A stretch of 64,000 bases of DNA from Paramecium tetraurelia (Eukaryota). The position numbers and the translations under genes are program-made. The notes beneath the pieces were generated by a model that saw only the letters and a program-made list of their open reading frames with translations, had not been told where the DNA came from and made no database searches. Positions within the stretch are counted from its first letter, which is position 1. Each line of letters opens with the position of its first letter. Of this stretch, positions 43,525-56,094 are shown in pieces. The stretch spans positions 124,001 through 188,000 of the forward strand of contig CT868036.1 in NCBI GenBank assembly GCA_000165425.1, read 5' to 3'.

Positions 43525-45105
43525 TCAGGTTGATTGCTAAATGCGACGAATTTTAGATGGCTAATATTAAATGCTATTAAAGTAAAGCAACTTATCATAG
43601 AGACTACCTTTGATGAATTCCTTCTCTACCCTGTCTAGTTTGTCATCCTCTTTAGTAGATTAATACAATTAGGAATTTGATTAGTAATAGCTACATGTGT
43701 AATAATATCTATATACCTTTAAGTAATATCCACTGAATTTTCTATAATAGTTGACAGAGATTTTCCTCTTTAGACTTAAAGATATTGATTTCTTTAGTTC
43801 CTGGTTCCCATTTTTATGAACCAATGATGATTGAGTGCTTAAGCAGCTGACAATCTTTTAATTGGTTCTTTGTTCAATAATCCTTTTAGTAAATCCATGC
43901 CAGATATGGATATTTTTTTACATATTTTTTTTCTATTTTAATCAAATTATTATTTTACTCAAATTTAAAGTCGATATCACATTTTTCATTTGATCGAAGT
44001 ATTTCCTCTTAATCTTTGCCTTCGAATGGCAATTTTCCATAGACTAAAAGATAAAATATTATTCCCAATGAAAATAAATCCACCTTGCTTGTGTAATTTT
44101 TGGACCTAAAGATTTCAGGGGCTACAAATCCAGGAGTACCGCACTTCTTGTACTAGGTTGAATCTGTTGTTTCAGAATAGCAGAAATTGCCTAATACTAC
44201 AAATGGCAAACGCTTCTTTTCTGGTATAAACAAGTTTTCCATTTTTATATCTCGATGGAAAACCCCTTTAGAATGCATATGCTGTATTGCTTATAAAACT
44301 CCATATAGAATATCTGCAACCAATTTCTCGTCCAATCCTTGAGATGATTATTCAGCCATCTAATATATTTGGGATTCCTTGATGTATGTTCTTAGATCAA
44401 TTCCCAAGTAGTATTCATATAATATATAAACACTTTATTCGTCTTCGAATACCTCAACAATATAACATATTTATGTTTGGCTCAATTTTCGTAAATTACT
44501 TAATTCCCTATATAAATTTTGCTTTTATCCTGCAGTTATCACATTCTTATCTATCACCTTTACAACGTGATACTCTGCATCTTGCACTCTTACACAAGAA
44601 AACAAGCATTAACCAAACACAGGGTCACATTGCTTAATTTTACCTAAAACCTTATATTTTCTGGCAAATTTATCCATTATGCAGAATCTTCTTAAAAACT
44701 GAAACCATTTTTTGAAGACATCTGAATTCTCACACAATAAATGGCTTAGTTATTACCCAAATTGCAGTCTAATACCATATCTATAATTAGGCATTGTGGG
44801 ATCAAAATGAGTGAACTTTTTTAAAAAACATGCTTATAATTGACAATAGGAAGTATAATCATCAGATCCCACTCCTTTTCTATATAGTTTCTCAGGATGT
44901 AGATTGAGTTATACTGATTCCCATTGACTATCTACTTTTAAAAGTAACTTGCCTGAATATTTGATTCTTCTTTACCTTAAAATTAACTATTCCCATCAAT
45001 ATAATTTGATGATACCCACATTGAAGATTACTTCAAAGCCTCCACAAATATAGAAGTAAACGGGATAGTTTTTAAAAAAGTGTTTTTATGGTTTTATTGA
45101 CGCAT
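43525..45105 (-). CDS. PH-like + CAMK-type kinase-fold protein, probable pseudokinase
   Basis: VVK, FHRDIKMEN, CGTPGFVAPE, DLFSIG present; DFG replaced by NFC; no Gly loop. Three introns. Confidence 0.82.
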
Positions 45106-45897
45106 TTAATATAAAAAGTTCAATAAAAATAAAAAATACTTGACTAATTTGATTGATACATTTAAAATTACCTTTAAACAATGAAAACACTTGCTTTCAT
45201 TTCAAGATACAATTCCAATGTTGATTTGTAATGCTACCTATTATTAAGGGAGAAGATTTGTAAGTTGTATATAATTATTAAAAATAAAATAAAGTAAAAA
45301 TGAATTCTTTTAGTTTTTAATTGATAATCTAAAATCCATTATGAAAGCATTCTTAAATATAAGTATGTTTTATGTTTTAAATTTAATTATAATCATACAA
45401 TTGAATGTACTGTTCTTTTTATTTAAATTAATGACAAAAAGCCATATCAACAGTTGCTATAAATCAATATGAAGTTAAATATGTGTCTTTGGAATTTTTA
45501 TTGAATTTAATTGCAAGAGAAGTAAGATATTAATATATTAAAGATAAATAATCTTAAAGTAACTTTCTAGAAGCTAAAAAATACAAAAGGACAAAATGTT
45601 TAAACTAGTTTCTAAGTTAAAGTGGCAATTATTTTGATAAATTAATTTAGATCTTTACTTAGTAATTGTAAGCTTAAATCTATGAATAGATAAATTTAGC
45701 ATGCAAGATATTGACTAAGGCTAGCTATTTTTTATAGGAAGTTGTTGGTAGTTTGTTGTAGATATATACATAATACGATATTTGGCAAAGTGAAAGTGCT
45801 ATTTATAAAGGAATTAAAATGATTATAAAAATAATTAAAAAACGGGTTTTTTTAGTCTTCTGCTTGGATGTGATAATAATTCATTAATAATTTTAAT

Positions 45898-47061
45898 ATG
45901 GCTAGAATCATTCCTGTATTGACACTTATCTTGGCAGTGGCAACTGCTAGAGTAGCAAAGAGTGAAAGTCCAAAAGAAGTGTTGGCATAAATCAACAAAG
46001 ATTCATTTGGTAATTCTGTATTATCTGTCCTCCAACTCTAATTGGCAACAGGAGGACCAGTCGGAGAAATCTAAATCCTTTTAAACAACATTGCCTCATA
46101 ACTCAATGGAGATTAAAAGAAAGCTGACAAAGTTCACGAAAGTGACACAGTTGCCTTCGAGAAGGTATAGTTAAATATTACAATGTTAGATCATTGCTGA
46201 TTTAGAATAAGAAATCGCTTATCACTCAAACTTAAATCGTTGCTCTTTCAAACTTGAGAGATTCAACAACTGAAGCATTAGGAGAAGCTGAAGTTGAAGT
46301 TAGAGTTGTCACATCTGATATTGCCAATAACGAAAAGAGCTTCGCCGACGAATCTGCCACAAGACAATCATAACACGATACATGGGTTAGAAAGGATGCA
46401 GAACACGTTGACTAAATAGACGCCATTGATGAAGCTTCTAAGATCGTTTAACACTTATAAGCAGGTGTTGCATTTGCTCAACTCAAGAGCAGATTCGAGA
46501 AAGTCTAAGCTAAATTAATGGAAAGCAAACACGCTCTCTTCAAAGTATTAAATAACCATATGAATAGCCACTCATCAATGCTTTGACATAATTAGCCTCA
46601 AAGGTTGATAACAAGAGCATCATCAAAATCTTAGAACTCTTGGCTTAAATCAGATAATAATTGGTTGCCAGCAGAGCATCACTCCTTGCAACAGAAGAGA
46701 AATAAGCTGCCAACTGGGAAGTCTAAAGTGGTCACTTGACAGAGGAACACAAGAGATTAGCTGAGAGAAAGGCATTCTTAGAAAACTCAATTGTTCAATT
46801 CAAAGTCACCATCTAAGAAGCTGTTGAAGACTTGGAAGATTAAACTGTAAAATCATCAATTAAATGTAGTTATTCCTTGAAGATGCTGAAGACTCATTGG
46901 CTATCTAAGAAAGATGGGCTGCCGAATAAGAATCATAATATGAAGCTTAAACCTTTGAAAGAGAATAATAATTGGAAGTCGTTGAAAGATTATAAGAAGT
47001 TCTTACTCAAAAGGTGAGTGCTGCCTCAGAATTCCTTTAAGTTAGAGAAGAGGTCTTTTGA
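45898..47061 (+). CDS. TMP4: Trichocyst matrix protein T4 precursor; one apparent +1 frameshift near 46225
   Basis: MARIIPVLTLILAVATARVAKSESPKEVLAQINKDSFGNSVLSVLQLQLATGGPVGEIQ...AASEFLQVREEVF* matches the Paramecium T4 family as I recall it. Three introns. Confidence 0.93.
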
Positions 47062-47149
47062 TTAATGAATTATCAGCAATATTAATATCAATACAATTTC
47101 TACATTTTAATTGTAAAATAATCTGTTAAACAATATTTAATTTAAATTA

Positions 47150-49328
47150 ATGGAGAACATCTAAGTTGTAGTTAGAATTAGGCCCTCAAACGTTTAAGAG
47201 AAAGACAACAATGACCTTGAAATTTGGTCTGTTTAGAATCAAGACACAATAACAATTTCCAATGATAGATTTAATGATTTAGTTAGAATGCGTAAATTTG
47301 TACCAGGACAAAGAGTAGAGTTCACCTTCAGTAATATAATCAATTGATAATTCATAGATTAATGTTTCGATCCCAAACACACCACCAAATTTATTTACTA
47401 GTAATAGATCCAAAGAATCACATTATCATCATTGTAAGGTATAAATGGGACAGTGTTTATGTATGGTCAAACAGGAAGTGGTAAGACTTACACAATGATA
47501 GGGTATGATTAAGAAGAAGGAATATTAAAGTAAGGACTCAAGGACCTTTTTGGAGAAATTTAGAGACAATAAGATAAATAATTTTTCTTAAGATGCAGCT
47601 ATGTTGAAATCTATACTGATTAAGTTTATGATCTGCTGTCTACTCAAGAGAGATTGAGTGAAACTTTATTAATAAATGAGGATTACAATAGGGAATTTGT
47701 TATTAAGGGAGCAATTGAAGAAGTTGTCACAACAATAGATGAAATAATGGACATTCTTCAATTTGGAGAGAGCAACAGACATTATGCTTCAACTGTCATG
47801 AATCATTGCAGTAGTAGATCTCATACAATTTTCAGACTGTATGTCAGATGTGTTCCTAATACAATAGGACCAAACTCAGTGATAACTGAGTCTATTCTTA
47901 ATTTTGTTGATTTGGCAGGTTCTGAAAAAATTAATATTCATGATTCAATGCTTAAAAAAAGAGGGACCTCTGCAGGTGGAAGTGGCACTCAATATAAAGA
48001 TAGATAGAACGAATCTAAACACATCAATAAAAGTTTGTTTTTTTTAACTTAAGTAATATCTCTAAGGGCATAAGGAAGAAAGTAAGTACTTTACAATATT
48101 TAGTGATCAACATATTCCTTATAGAAACTCTCCTTTAACAAAGATTTTAAGGTCATCCTTAGGAGGTAATTCAAGAACTGCCATAATCCTTTGTGTTAAT
48201 CCTTGTTATAGTTAGTTTGAATAAACATTGTCTACTTTAAGATTTGGGACAAACGCTAAAAAAATAGAAAATAATGTCTCCAAAAATATTGTAGGATTTG
48301 ATAATGACGAAAGTTTGAATAGGGTAATAAAAGACTATGAAATACAAATCGAGGAGTTGCAAAGAGCTAGAGTAGATGATAAGTAGCAATAAGAAATGAT
48401 GCTAAGGATAATAGAAAAACTAGAAGAGCAAAGAAAAATATTTAAATCCTAGTTTAATACTTCTGATCATATTTAAGCAATGATAACCAAAAATGTTCCC
48501 TATTAATGGACTCATTTACACTATCACGATGTTGGAGTGCTATGGGTACCCGAAAAAGGAAGTAGGGATGTTGAGGTTAAATAGGAAATTATTGATTCTT
48601 TTGGAATGATTAAGAAATATTAAAATTTAGAAGAAGAATTCATTATCTTGAAATCAGAAAAATAAACAGTTGAAAATTAAGTTAATGAACTTAAACAAAA
48701 GTAACAAGAAGCCGTCATTTAAACTAAAAAGAGATATGCAAATCAAAAAGCAAAAACAAGAAAATATAAATAATTGAGCAAAGATTTATAGGATGAAAGA
48801 AATAAATTATAAAAGATTGCTTTATGTTATCACAATATGATTGATGTAGATGAGATGATGTTGTTAAATAATGAAACTTTAGATTAAATGTTAGATAATA
48901 TAACTATTATGATGCAAAATATATATAAAGTCAAATTAAGAAAAGAAATGAAACTTAAAGGGGAGAATATGGAAGCCTTAAAATTAAAAACCTCTAAACC
49001 AATTAAATATCCCATATATTTATTCGACACTTCTGCTATTAATGTTTAATTTTGGGATGCTAATGAAAATAAAAAGACTGAAGAGACTAGTAAAAGTGAA
49101 ATTGAATCCTTCTAAAGTTACTTTTAATCTTAATTAAATCAAAGTAGTCCTACTTATGCAGATATGCAAAGCAGTGTATAATAGTTTAAGGAACCGTTGA
49201 AGCATATTTGTTCTCATGAAAAAAATCCACAAAGTAAATGCGGAAAAGAGAACTTTGAACCCTTATTCAAAAAGAATCAAAGCATGGAAATAGCTGATGA
49301 ATTAAATTTCCGTAGTTATTTTAGATGA
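47150..49328 (+). CDS. Kinesin motor protein (kinesin-7/CENP-E-like) with coiled-coil tail
   Basis: [52 protein letters not shown]. Two introns. Confidence 0.92.
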
Positions 49329-49349
49329 AATGATTAATATTATAAAATT

Positions 49350-50246
49350 ATGTTTTCCTTATTGTTTTTAATCACCACGTCTTATGCTACAGATAAAAAT
49401 TGTCTGTGGCACGATTCTTTTGGATATACTTATGATATTTCAAAACTACACAACATAAATAACTATCAAGTACCTGATACTGATACAAGTAACTTTTTAG
49501 GCAAATTTATAAAGGCATGGGAATGTTTAATATGGTTTACGAGTTTAATTTTTGCACAGGAGCGGTGAAATGTTAAGGAAGAGATGTTGCTGCATTTGAA
49601 GCACTTGAAGTAATGGGAAAAGTGACTGAAAATTGCGATGTATATTTATGATTTAATAGTAAGGTTTTGGGATTAAAAGAAACTTAGGAATTTGGCTATG
49701 TTAATCCAGTTTATCCTGAATTAGGCATTTCTGTTACATACAAACAAGGTTGTTTCTGAAATTTATTATAAGGCGATATGTGTTTTGATGTTAAAGATGA
49801 TGGTGGATTACAAAAAATTATTGCAGACAATGAACAAATGTAAATGAGTCCAAGATCTGTTACTTTCGAAATCACATGTGGCAAAGATGAGCCTAACTTT
49901 AGAGTTATAGATTCTAGTAAATGCAATATCAGATTGGGTATTTAACACTCAGCTGGTTGTAGATCAGGATCCTCTCCAAGTAATTATTATTACTATCGAA
50001 GGCGGGGGAAGTCAGACAATGCTTTTATATATTATTTTAGGAGCTGGACTTTATTTTGGTGGTGGAATAGCATACAATAAAAAATAATATTAGCTAAGTG
50101 GAGTAGATGCACTACCGCATTCACACTTTTGGAAAGATTTTCCACATTTGGTTAAGGATGGGATTAATTTCACTGTTATTAAAGTTTTTGGCATAATAAA
50201 AAAGTTTAGAGGGTTATCAAGCGAAGGAGGATATGCTGTTATTTGA
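49350..50246 (+). CDS. ATG27 / cation-dependent mannose-6-phosphate-receptor-like type I membrane protein
   Basis: Signal peptide, Cys-containing MRH-like ectodomain (YEFNFC, VTFEITC), TM segment LYFGGGIAYN, DALPHSHFWKDFPHLVKDG, tail GGYAVI*. Four introns. Confidence 0.85.
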
Positions 50247-50507
50247 TGTAATTTTAGTAATATAAAATTTTATTGATATTTAGTAAGAAATTCTGGCTTT
50301 TTGAAAGAAATTTATTATTAATATAAATACTCAAGCTACTATTCTTATTTTGATAATTTTTTTCGATTTAATGTACATTTCTTCAAAAATAATATGATTT
50401 ATAAAAATTCACTTGGTTTGATTAATTTAATCATGAAAAAGTTCTTGCTTTCTCAAAGTTACCTATTAAATATTAATTTGCTTTATTAATTGTTCTTTAT
50501 TTATTTT

Positions 50508-50867
50508 ATGATATATATAATAGGCTTATTAGTTGTCGGAATAATTTGGGGAATTACAAATCCTTTTATGGAATCTGGAGTAGGTAATAAATAGTAAGAC
50601 CTATTTGGATTTAAATCTTTTATTCAAACAATACTTAATTACAAGTTTATTATTCCTTTTGGAATAAATCAAAGTGCATCAATATTTTATTACTACCTTT
50701 TGGGTCATACTCCATTAAGTCTAGGACCAGTTATAGTGAATTGTGTTAATTCAGCAACAACTGTAATCACAGAATCTCGTTTAAAGAAATAGTAATTGAA
50801 GTAAAAGACTTGGATTGGGTTAATTTTAATTTTTATTGGAACCTATTTGGTTTGCTCAAGCAAGTGA
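50508..50867 (+). CDS. TMEM234: TMEM234-family small membrane protein
   Basis: LLVVGIIWGITNPFM, YKFIIPFGINQSASIFYYYLLG, LSLGPVIVN. Confidence 0.88.
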
Positions 50868-52007
50868 AAATGATTATAGGCATAAAATATACACATAGTG
50901 TTTATGGAATTTATATTTTTTTTCATTCAATTCTTTTTTAATTCCTTTGATTGGCAAATATCAAATAATTTAACTTTACTATTATCAACCAAATTATCAT
51001 ATTGATATATTAATGTATTTACATTACTTATTTCAGATAAATTAAGTTCTATATAAACTATTATTAAATGTTAAATCTGAAACTCTGATTTTCAAAAGAA
51101 CACCTTTTTAGAGAATGTGGATAATCATAGATCTTACTTTATTGAATTTTTTTTTCATTAATAATTTAAATTAAGAATAATAAGAAACTAATGACTCATT
51201 ATAATGTCGAATTATAAAGGAGAATCAGTACCTTTTGTAATTCTAAAACAAACTATTTCAATAATAAAAATTATATTAAAAATTGAAGATATAAGAATTC
51301 GAATTTAATTAGATTACAATTAATATAATCAAATAATGTTTAAATAGTATTTTTCTTGTAGTTAATCGAGCTGAATTCTGGTTAATGCTCTAAACGATCC
51401 TAAGTTCAAATACTGAAAATTTATTATCAACTTTCAATCAATTATTGTTATATACTGAAATATTTTTAACAATTAATCTTATTTTTTAATTATCTTGTGC
51501 AAATATCCTTATTCTTTGATTTAAAAATAAATGTTATTTCCTTTATGAAGTTTAATTGAGAAATAGGTTTTATACAAGTAAAAAAACATTATTTGTTTAG
51601 CGAATTGAAATGAGAAAATATCAAGTTGACAAATCTAAACCATATAATTTTAATAAGGAAAACGAAAATTTAAATTGTAATAATATTTGCTTGTATTACA
51701 TTGAAAATTTTTAGAGAAGAGGACCTAATATTACTTAAAGTATTTTTTGACAAATGGTGGGTACTTGGTAATAATCTATTTAAATATCGTAAAAGAATAT
51801 TGAGATTCATCTTCATCGACAGATAACTGCGACTATCGATTTACATATTTAAAAAAAACATAAATTTTAAATATTCTTAAGTTGCTGTATTTAAAATAAA
51901 AAGATGAGTTATTTGGTTAAAATTAATTAATAAATATGTTTAGTAGGATTTAAAATTTTTTATATTAGATAGAAAAATTATGGTTTTATTAATGTTATTT
52001 GAATAAA

Positions 52008-53458
52008 TCATTCCAATTTTTTATTAGAATCATCCTATTTAATCTTATTTATGTCTTCTTTTAGTTTTTAAGACCAGTAATCTTATGATTGTGGCTACTA
52101 TTCGTCTACTAAAGCACTGTCAATATGGTTTTATTGTACAAATTCAGTACCATTCATTTAATGTTAAATGTTTTTTTTAATAGTTGAAACATCATTGGCA
52201 ATTTTTTACATCCATTCTTCATTTGATCTAGCTCTTCCATCAGCAACAACATTCTCCTCGACGAAAGCAATGTGGTCAGCATCTAATTATGATTTGATAT
52301 TTTGTTTAATTGTTGAAACATCATTGGCAATCTTTTACATCCATTCTTCATTTGATCTAGCTCTTCCATCAGCAACAACATTCTCCTCAACGAAAGCAAT
52401 ATGATCAGCATCTAATTATGATTTGATGTTCATTTTAATGGTAGCAACATCGTTAGCGATCTTTTACATCCATTCTTCGTTTGATCTAGCTCTTCCATCA
52501 GCAACAACATTCTCTTCAACAAAAGCAATGTGGTCAGCATCTAATTAAGACTTGATATTTTGTTTAATTGTTGAAACATCATTAGCAATCTTTTACATCC
52601 ATTCTTCATTTGATCTAGCTCTTCCATCAGCTACAACATTCTCCTCAACAAAAGCAATATGATCAGCATCTAATTATGATTTGATGTTTTGTTTAATTGT
52701 TGAAACATCATTAGCAATCTTTTACATCCATTCTTCGTTTGATCTAGCTCTTCCATCAGCAACAACATTCTCTTCAACAAAAGCAATATGATCAGCATCT
52801 AATTAGGATTTGATATTTTGTTTAATGGTAGCAACATCATTAGCGATCTTTTACATCCATTCTTCGTTTGATCTAGCTCTTCCATCAGCAACAACATTCT
52901 CCTCAACAAAAGCAATATGATCAGCATCTAATTATGATTTGATGTTCATTTTAATGGTAGCAACATCGTTAGCGATCTTTTGCATCCATTCTTCGTTTGA
53001 TCTAGCTCTTCCATCAGCTACAACATTTTCTTCTAATAATGTTTAGTGTTTTTTTTTATCTTCTTAATTATGAATAATAATTTACTTTATTTTTCAACAT
53101 TTGTATGTTTTTTAGTCTTCTTTTCATTTCCTTTTATTTACATTTCTTCAATCAATTGAATTTCTTCTCTGTCAACCTCTTTAATTGATTCTTCTTTTAC
53201 ATTCTTTTTATTTTATTTTTTAGAGCTTCCTTTTTATAATAAGCTGTCCTTTTCAAATTACCCTACTTAATTCTCTTCATTGTTTTCTAAATCACCTACT
53301 AAGTTCTTTTATTATTCATTTGATTTCTTAATGTTTTGTTTATTTTCTGCTAAAATTGATTACAACCCTTCCTAGCTTTTTATATTATTGTGGTGCCTTC
53401 TAATATTTGAACCCTATAACGATGTGATTAAAAATAAGACAAGAATAGCTTTAAGCAT
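52008..53458 (-). CDS. Secreted tandem-repeat polyprotein (7 x 43 aa)
   Basis: Signal peptide MLKAILVLFLITSLQG, charged pro-region, 43-aa repeats, degenerate last unit ending SNKKLE*. Two 23-nt introns. Confidence 0.85.
52168..53035 (-). repeat. Coding tandem repeat, 129-bp unit, about 6.7 copies
   Basis: GATCTAGCTCTTCCATCAGC recurs at 52225, 52354, 52483, 52612, 52741, 52870 and 52999 (129-bp period). Differences between units are mostly synonymous. Confidence 0.97.
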
Positions 53459-55172
53459 TTTTTTTATCGTTTTTGATTATTTTTGAAAATCATGATCACA
53501 CAATTCTTTTTATACTACATTTCGATGAACTAACAGATTAATTAATCGACTAGAATTAAAAAATTTTTAAATTTTTAAATCAATTACACCTTCCTTAGTT
53601 AGAATATCTCAGGTCTACTTTTATGTATAATGGTAATCTGACATGATAACTTTTTGGGAATAATTTGTTTCTTATCATAAAATGTTTCTATGTTTGTTAA
53701 TACATTGAACTTATCATTTTAAATTCATCAAGTGGCTTTTAGTTTTTGTCATCTAATTTTGTTATCATGAAGAGGAGATCAATTTATTATGTGTTATGTT
53801 CTAGTTTTCAATATCAATGTAACATTCATAACAAATTTTATGAATTATCATCTAAGCTTCAAATAAGTCCTTAAGATCATTTTACTTTAATTATTTGAAT
53901 AGTTGAAATGATTTTCTCTAACTATTACATATGCATCACGATGTTGCAAATAAAGGAAGAATATTTTTTACAGTGTACTTTACAATAGAAGATTTGTTAA
54001 TTTTATTACTGAGAATCCATCAAATGAATGTAGAGATGGTTTATAAAAAGCATTTTAAGACGATATTATAGCATTAAAACCATTACAGAGTAGGATTCTA
54101 ATTTTCAAGATTATTAGTAGTTGAGAAAAAATAATATATAGAAAAATATCATTTAGTAATAAGCTTAGTTTAGGATTGCTAAGAAGTGGTCATTAACTAC
54201 TTCCAAAGGATATCAAGATGAAAATCAAGAATTAACAATTTATTTCCTATTTAATTAAAATTAAAATATAATTAAATTTATAGAATAAATCCATAATTTT
54301 AATAAGAAAGAGAATGGAAGGTACATGTTGGTAATTGATATCAATTTTTTCAATTTTCTTACAGAAGAGTTTAGTTTCTATTAATTTATATGGATGATTT
54401 ATTAGTTTCAAAATATTGCTTTTTAATAAAAATAATTACTTCAGAAATGAGAAATACTTAATTCCTTAATTTATTAAATACCATCTTGCGACCTTAAATG
54501 AATAAACTAAACTTATATTCATTTATATAGGTTAAAATGATTTTTTTTTCTTTGCAAATATTATCAGAATTATTAGTGTGAGAGTTTAATTATTAAATTA
54601 AAAAGCGGTAAATTTTATTAATAAAATTTTAAATTCTGATTCCATCTAATTTTTATTATATCGTTTTATTACTATCAATTAAATAGAAAAATCTTATAAA
54701 GTACATTCAAAAACTGATGTGTGTAGGTATTCAAATAAAATTTAAAGATAACTTATACTTTAAATATTCTATCGATATATGTTTGAATATCTAACTCATA
54801 ATGACTGCTTAAAAATATATTTAAAACCTAACTTAAACTCTAAGTCCTTAATCTAAATATCAAAAGAAGTTCAAACTCCTTTTGATTTTCTTCTTCATTT
54901 TCGGTGACAGGCTCAATAGTTAACTGGTAATTAATAATTTAGGTTTAATTTTATTTTGTAATATCAAATAACATTAAGACAAATATTGAAAATAATGTTA
55001 TAATAACCAAAACCAAAATAATTTGTAAATTCTCAAGTCGAGAGCTCCAGTTAGTAAAAATATATTTAAAAAAATCTAGAAGATCATAAAACTAAACTTT
55101 ATAATCATAAAATAATAAAATGGCTCTTTGTTGAGAAAACAATTGGTAAATAAAAGGATTTAACTAAAATAA

Positions 55173-55984
55173 TCATTCCAATTCTTGCATCATATCTTAA
55201 CGAATTTATACTTCCATATTCTATTTATTCTTATCTTAGAGTTTGAATATTTTTTCAATTACAGTGATTTCAGTTGATGTTGTATCAAGACCTAATGGGA
55301 TTGATTTAATTGATACCACAAAAAGCTGCAATATCATTAACTACTAGCCCTGATGCAATAATGTCACTTCCTCTATTAACAGTTCCGGCACATAATGGAA
55401 TTTGCAGTAAATTGGCCAATTCATCTAATTCTTCAACTGTTGTTAATGGATGAACAAGTCCTCCTTAGTTATTAAAGCAACAATAGGTTCCAACTAAGAC
55501 TTATTATGCTACAGTAGTTCTGAAAACTTCAACTCCAAGAGTGTCAGCAATAATTTCCTCAGTTTCTTTATCCAAATCTGAGTGAATTAATGCAACATAG
55601 TCATTGCAAGCAACGCAATTCCCTAATGCTGATAATTTCTCTTCTACTCTTTTAACCTACATATGTTGATTAATTTTATTACTTTAACTTCATCAGGTAA
55701 TGAATTTCTAATTTATTTCAATTCTTAATCAGTGCAAGTATTTGGAACGAGAAGTCCATTTTTGTTTCCTAAATTTTTATATTTCAAATACCTGCTGTCA
55801 ACCTTCCAATAATTCTTGTACCTCCTATTGAACAATGAATTACTGGCATGCTCAATCCAAGTTCAGATTCAAACACAGAATAAAAGTTTTCACTTCCTCC
55901 TAGAGCAACTAAGCAATAAGAATTAGTAAGTTTGGAAAAAACACCAATATCATTGGAGTTTTCAAATTAACATCTATTGGCCAT
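55173..55984 (-). CDS. EIF6: Eukaryotic translation initiation factor 6
   Basis: [57 protein letters not shown]. Two introns. Confidence 0.96.
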
Positions 55985-56094
55985 AATGTGCTTAATAAAT
56001 ATTCTTTATTAAAATAACTAAAATCAATAAAAAGTGAACTGAATTTCACAGTGGGTATTATAAAAATTCTAGTTGGTCATATAATAAATTATTA

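Noticed and set aside
52168..53035. CRISPR-like or satellite array
   Set aside because: No unique spacers. The 129-bp unit is a multiple of 3, is in frame in a signal-peptide gene and varies mainly at synonymous sites.
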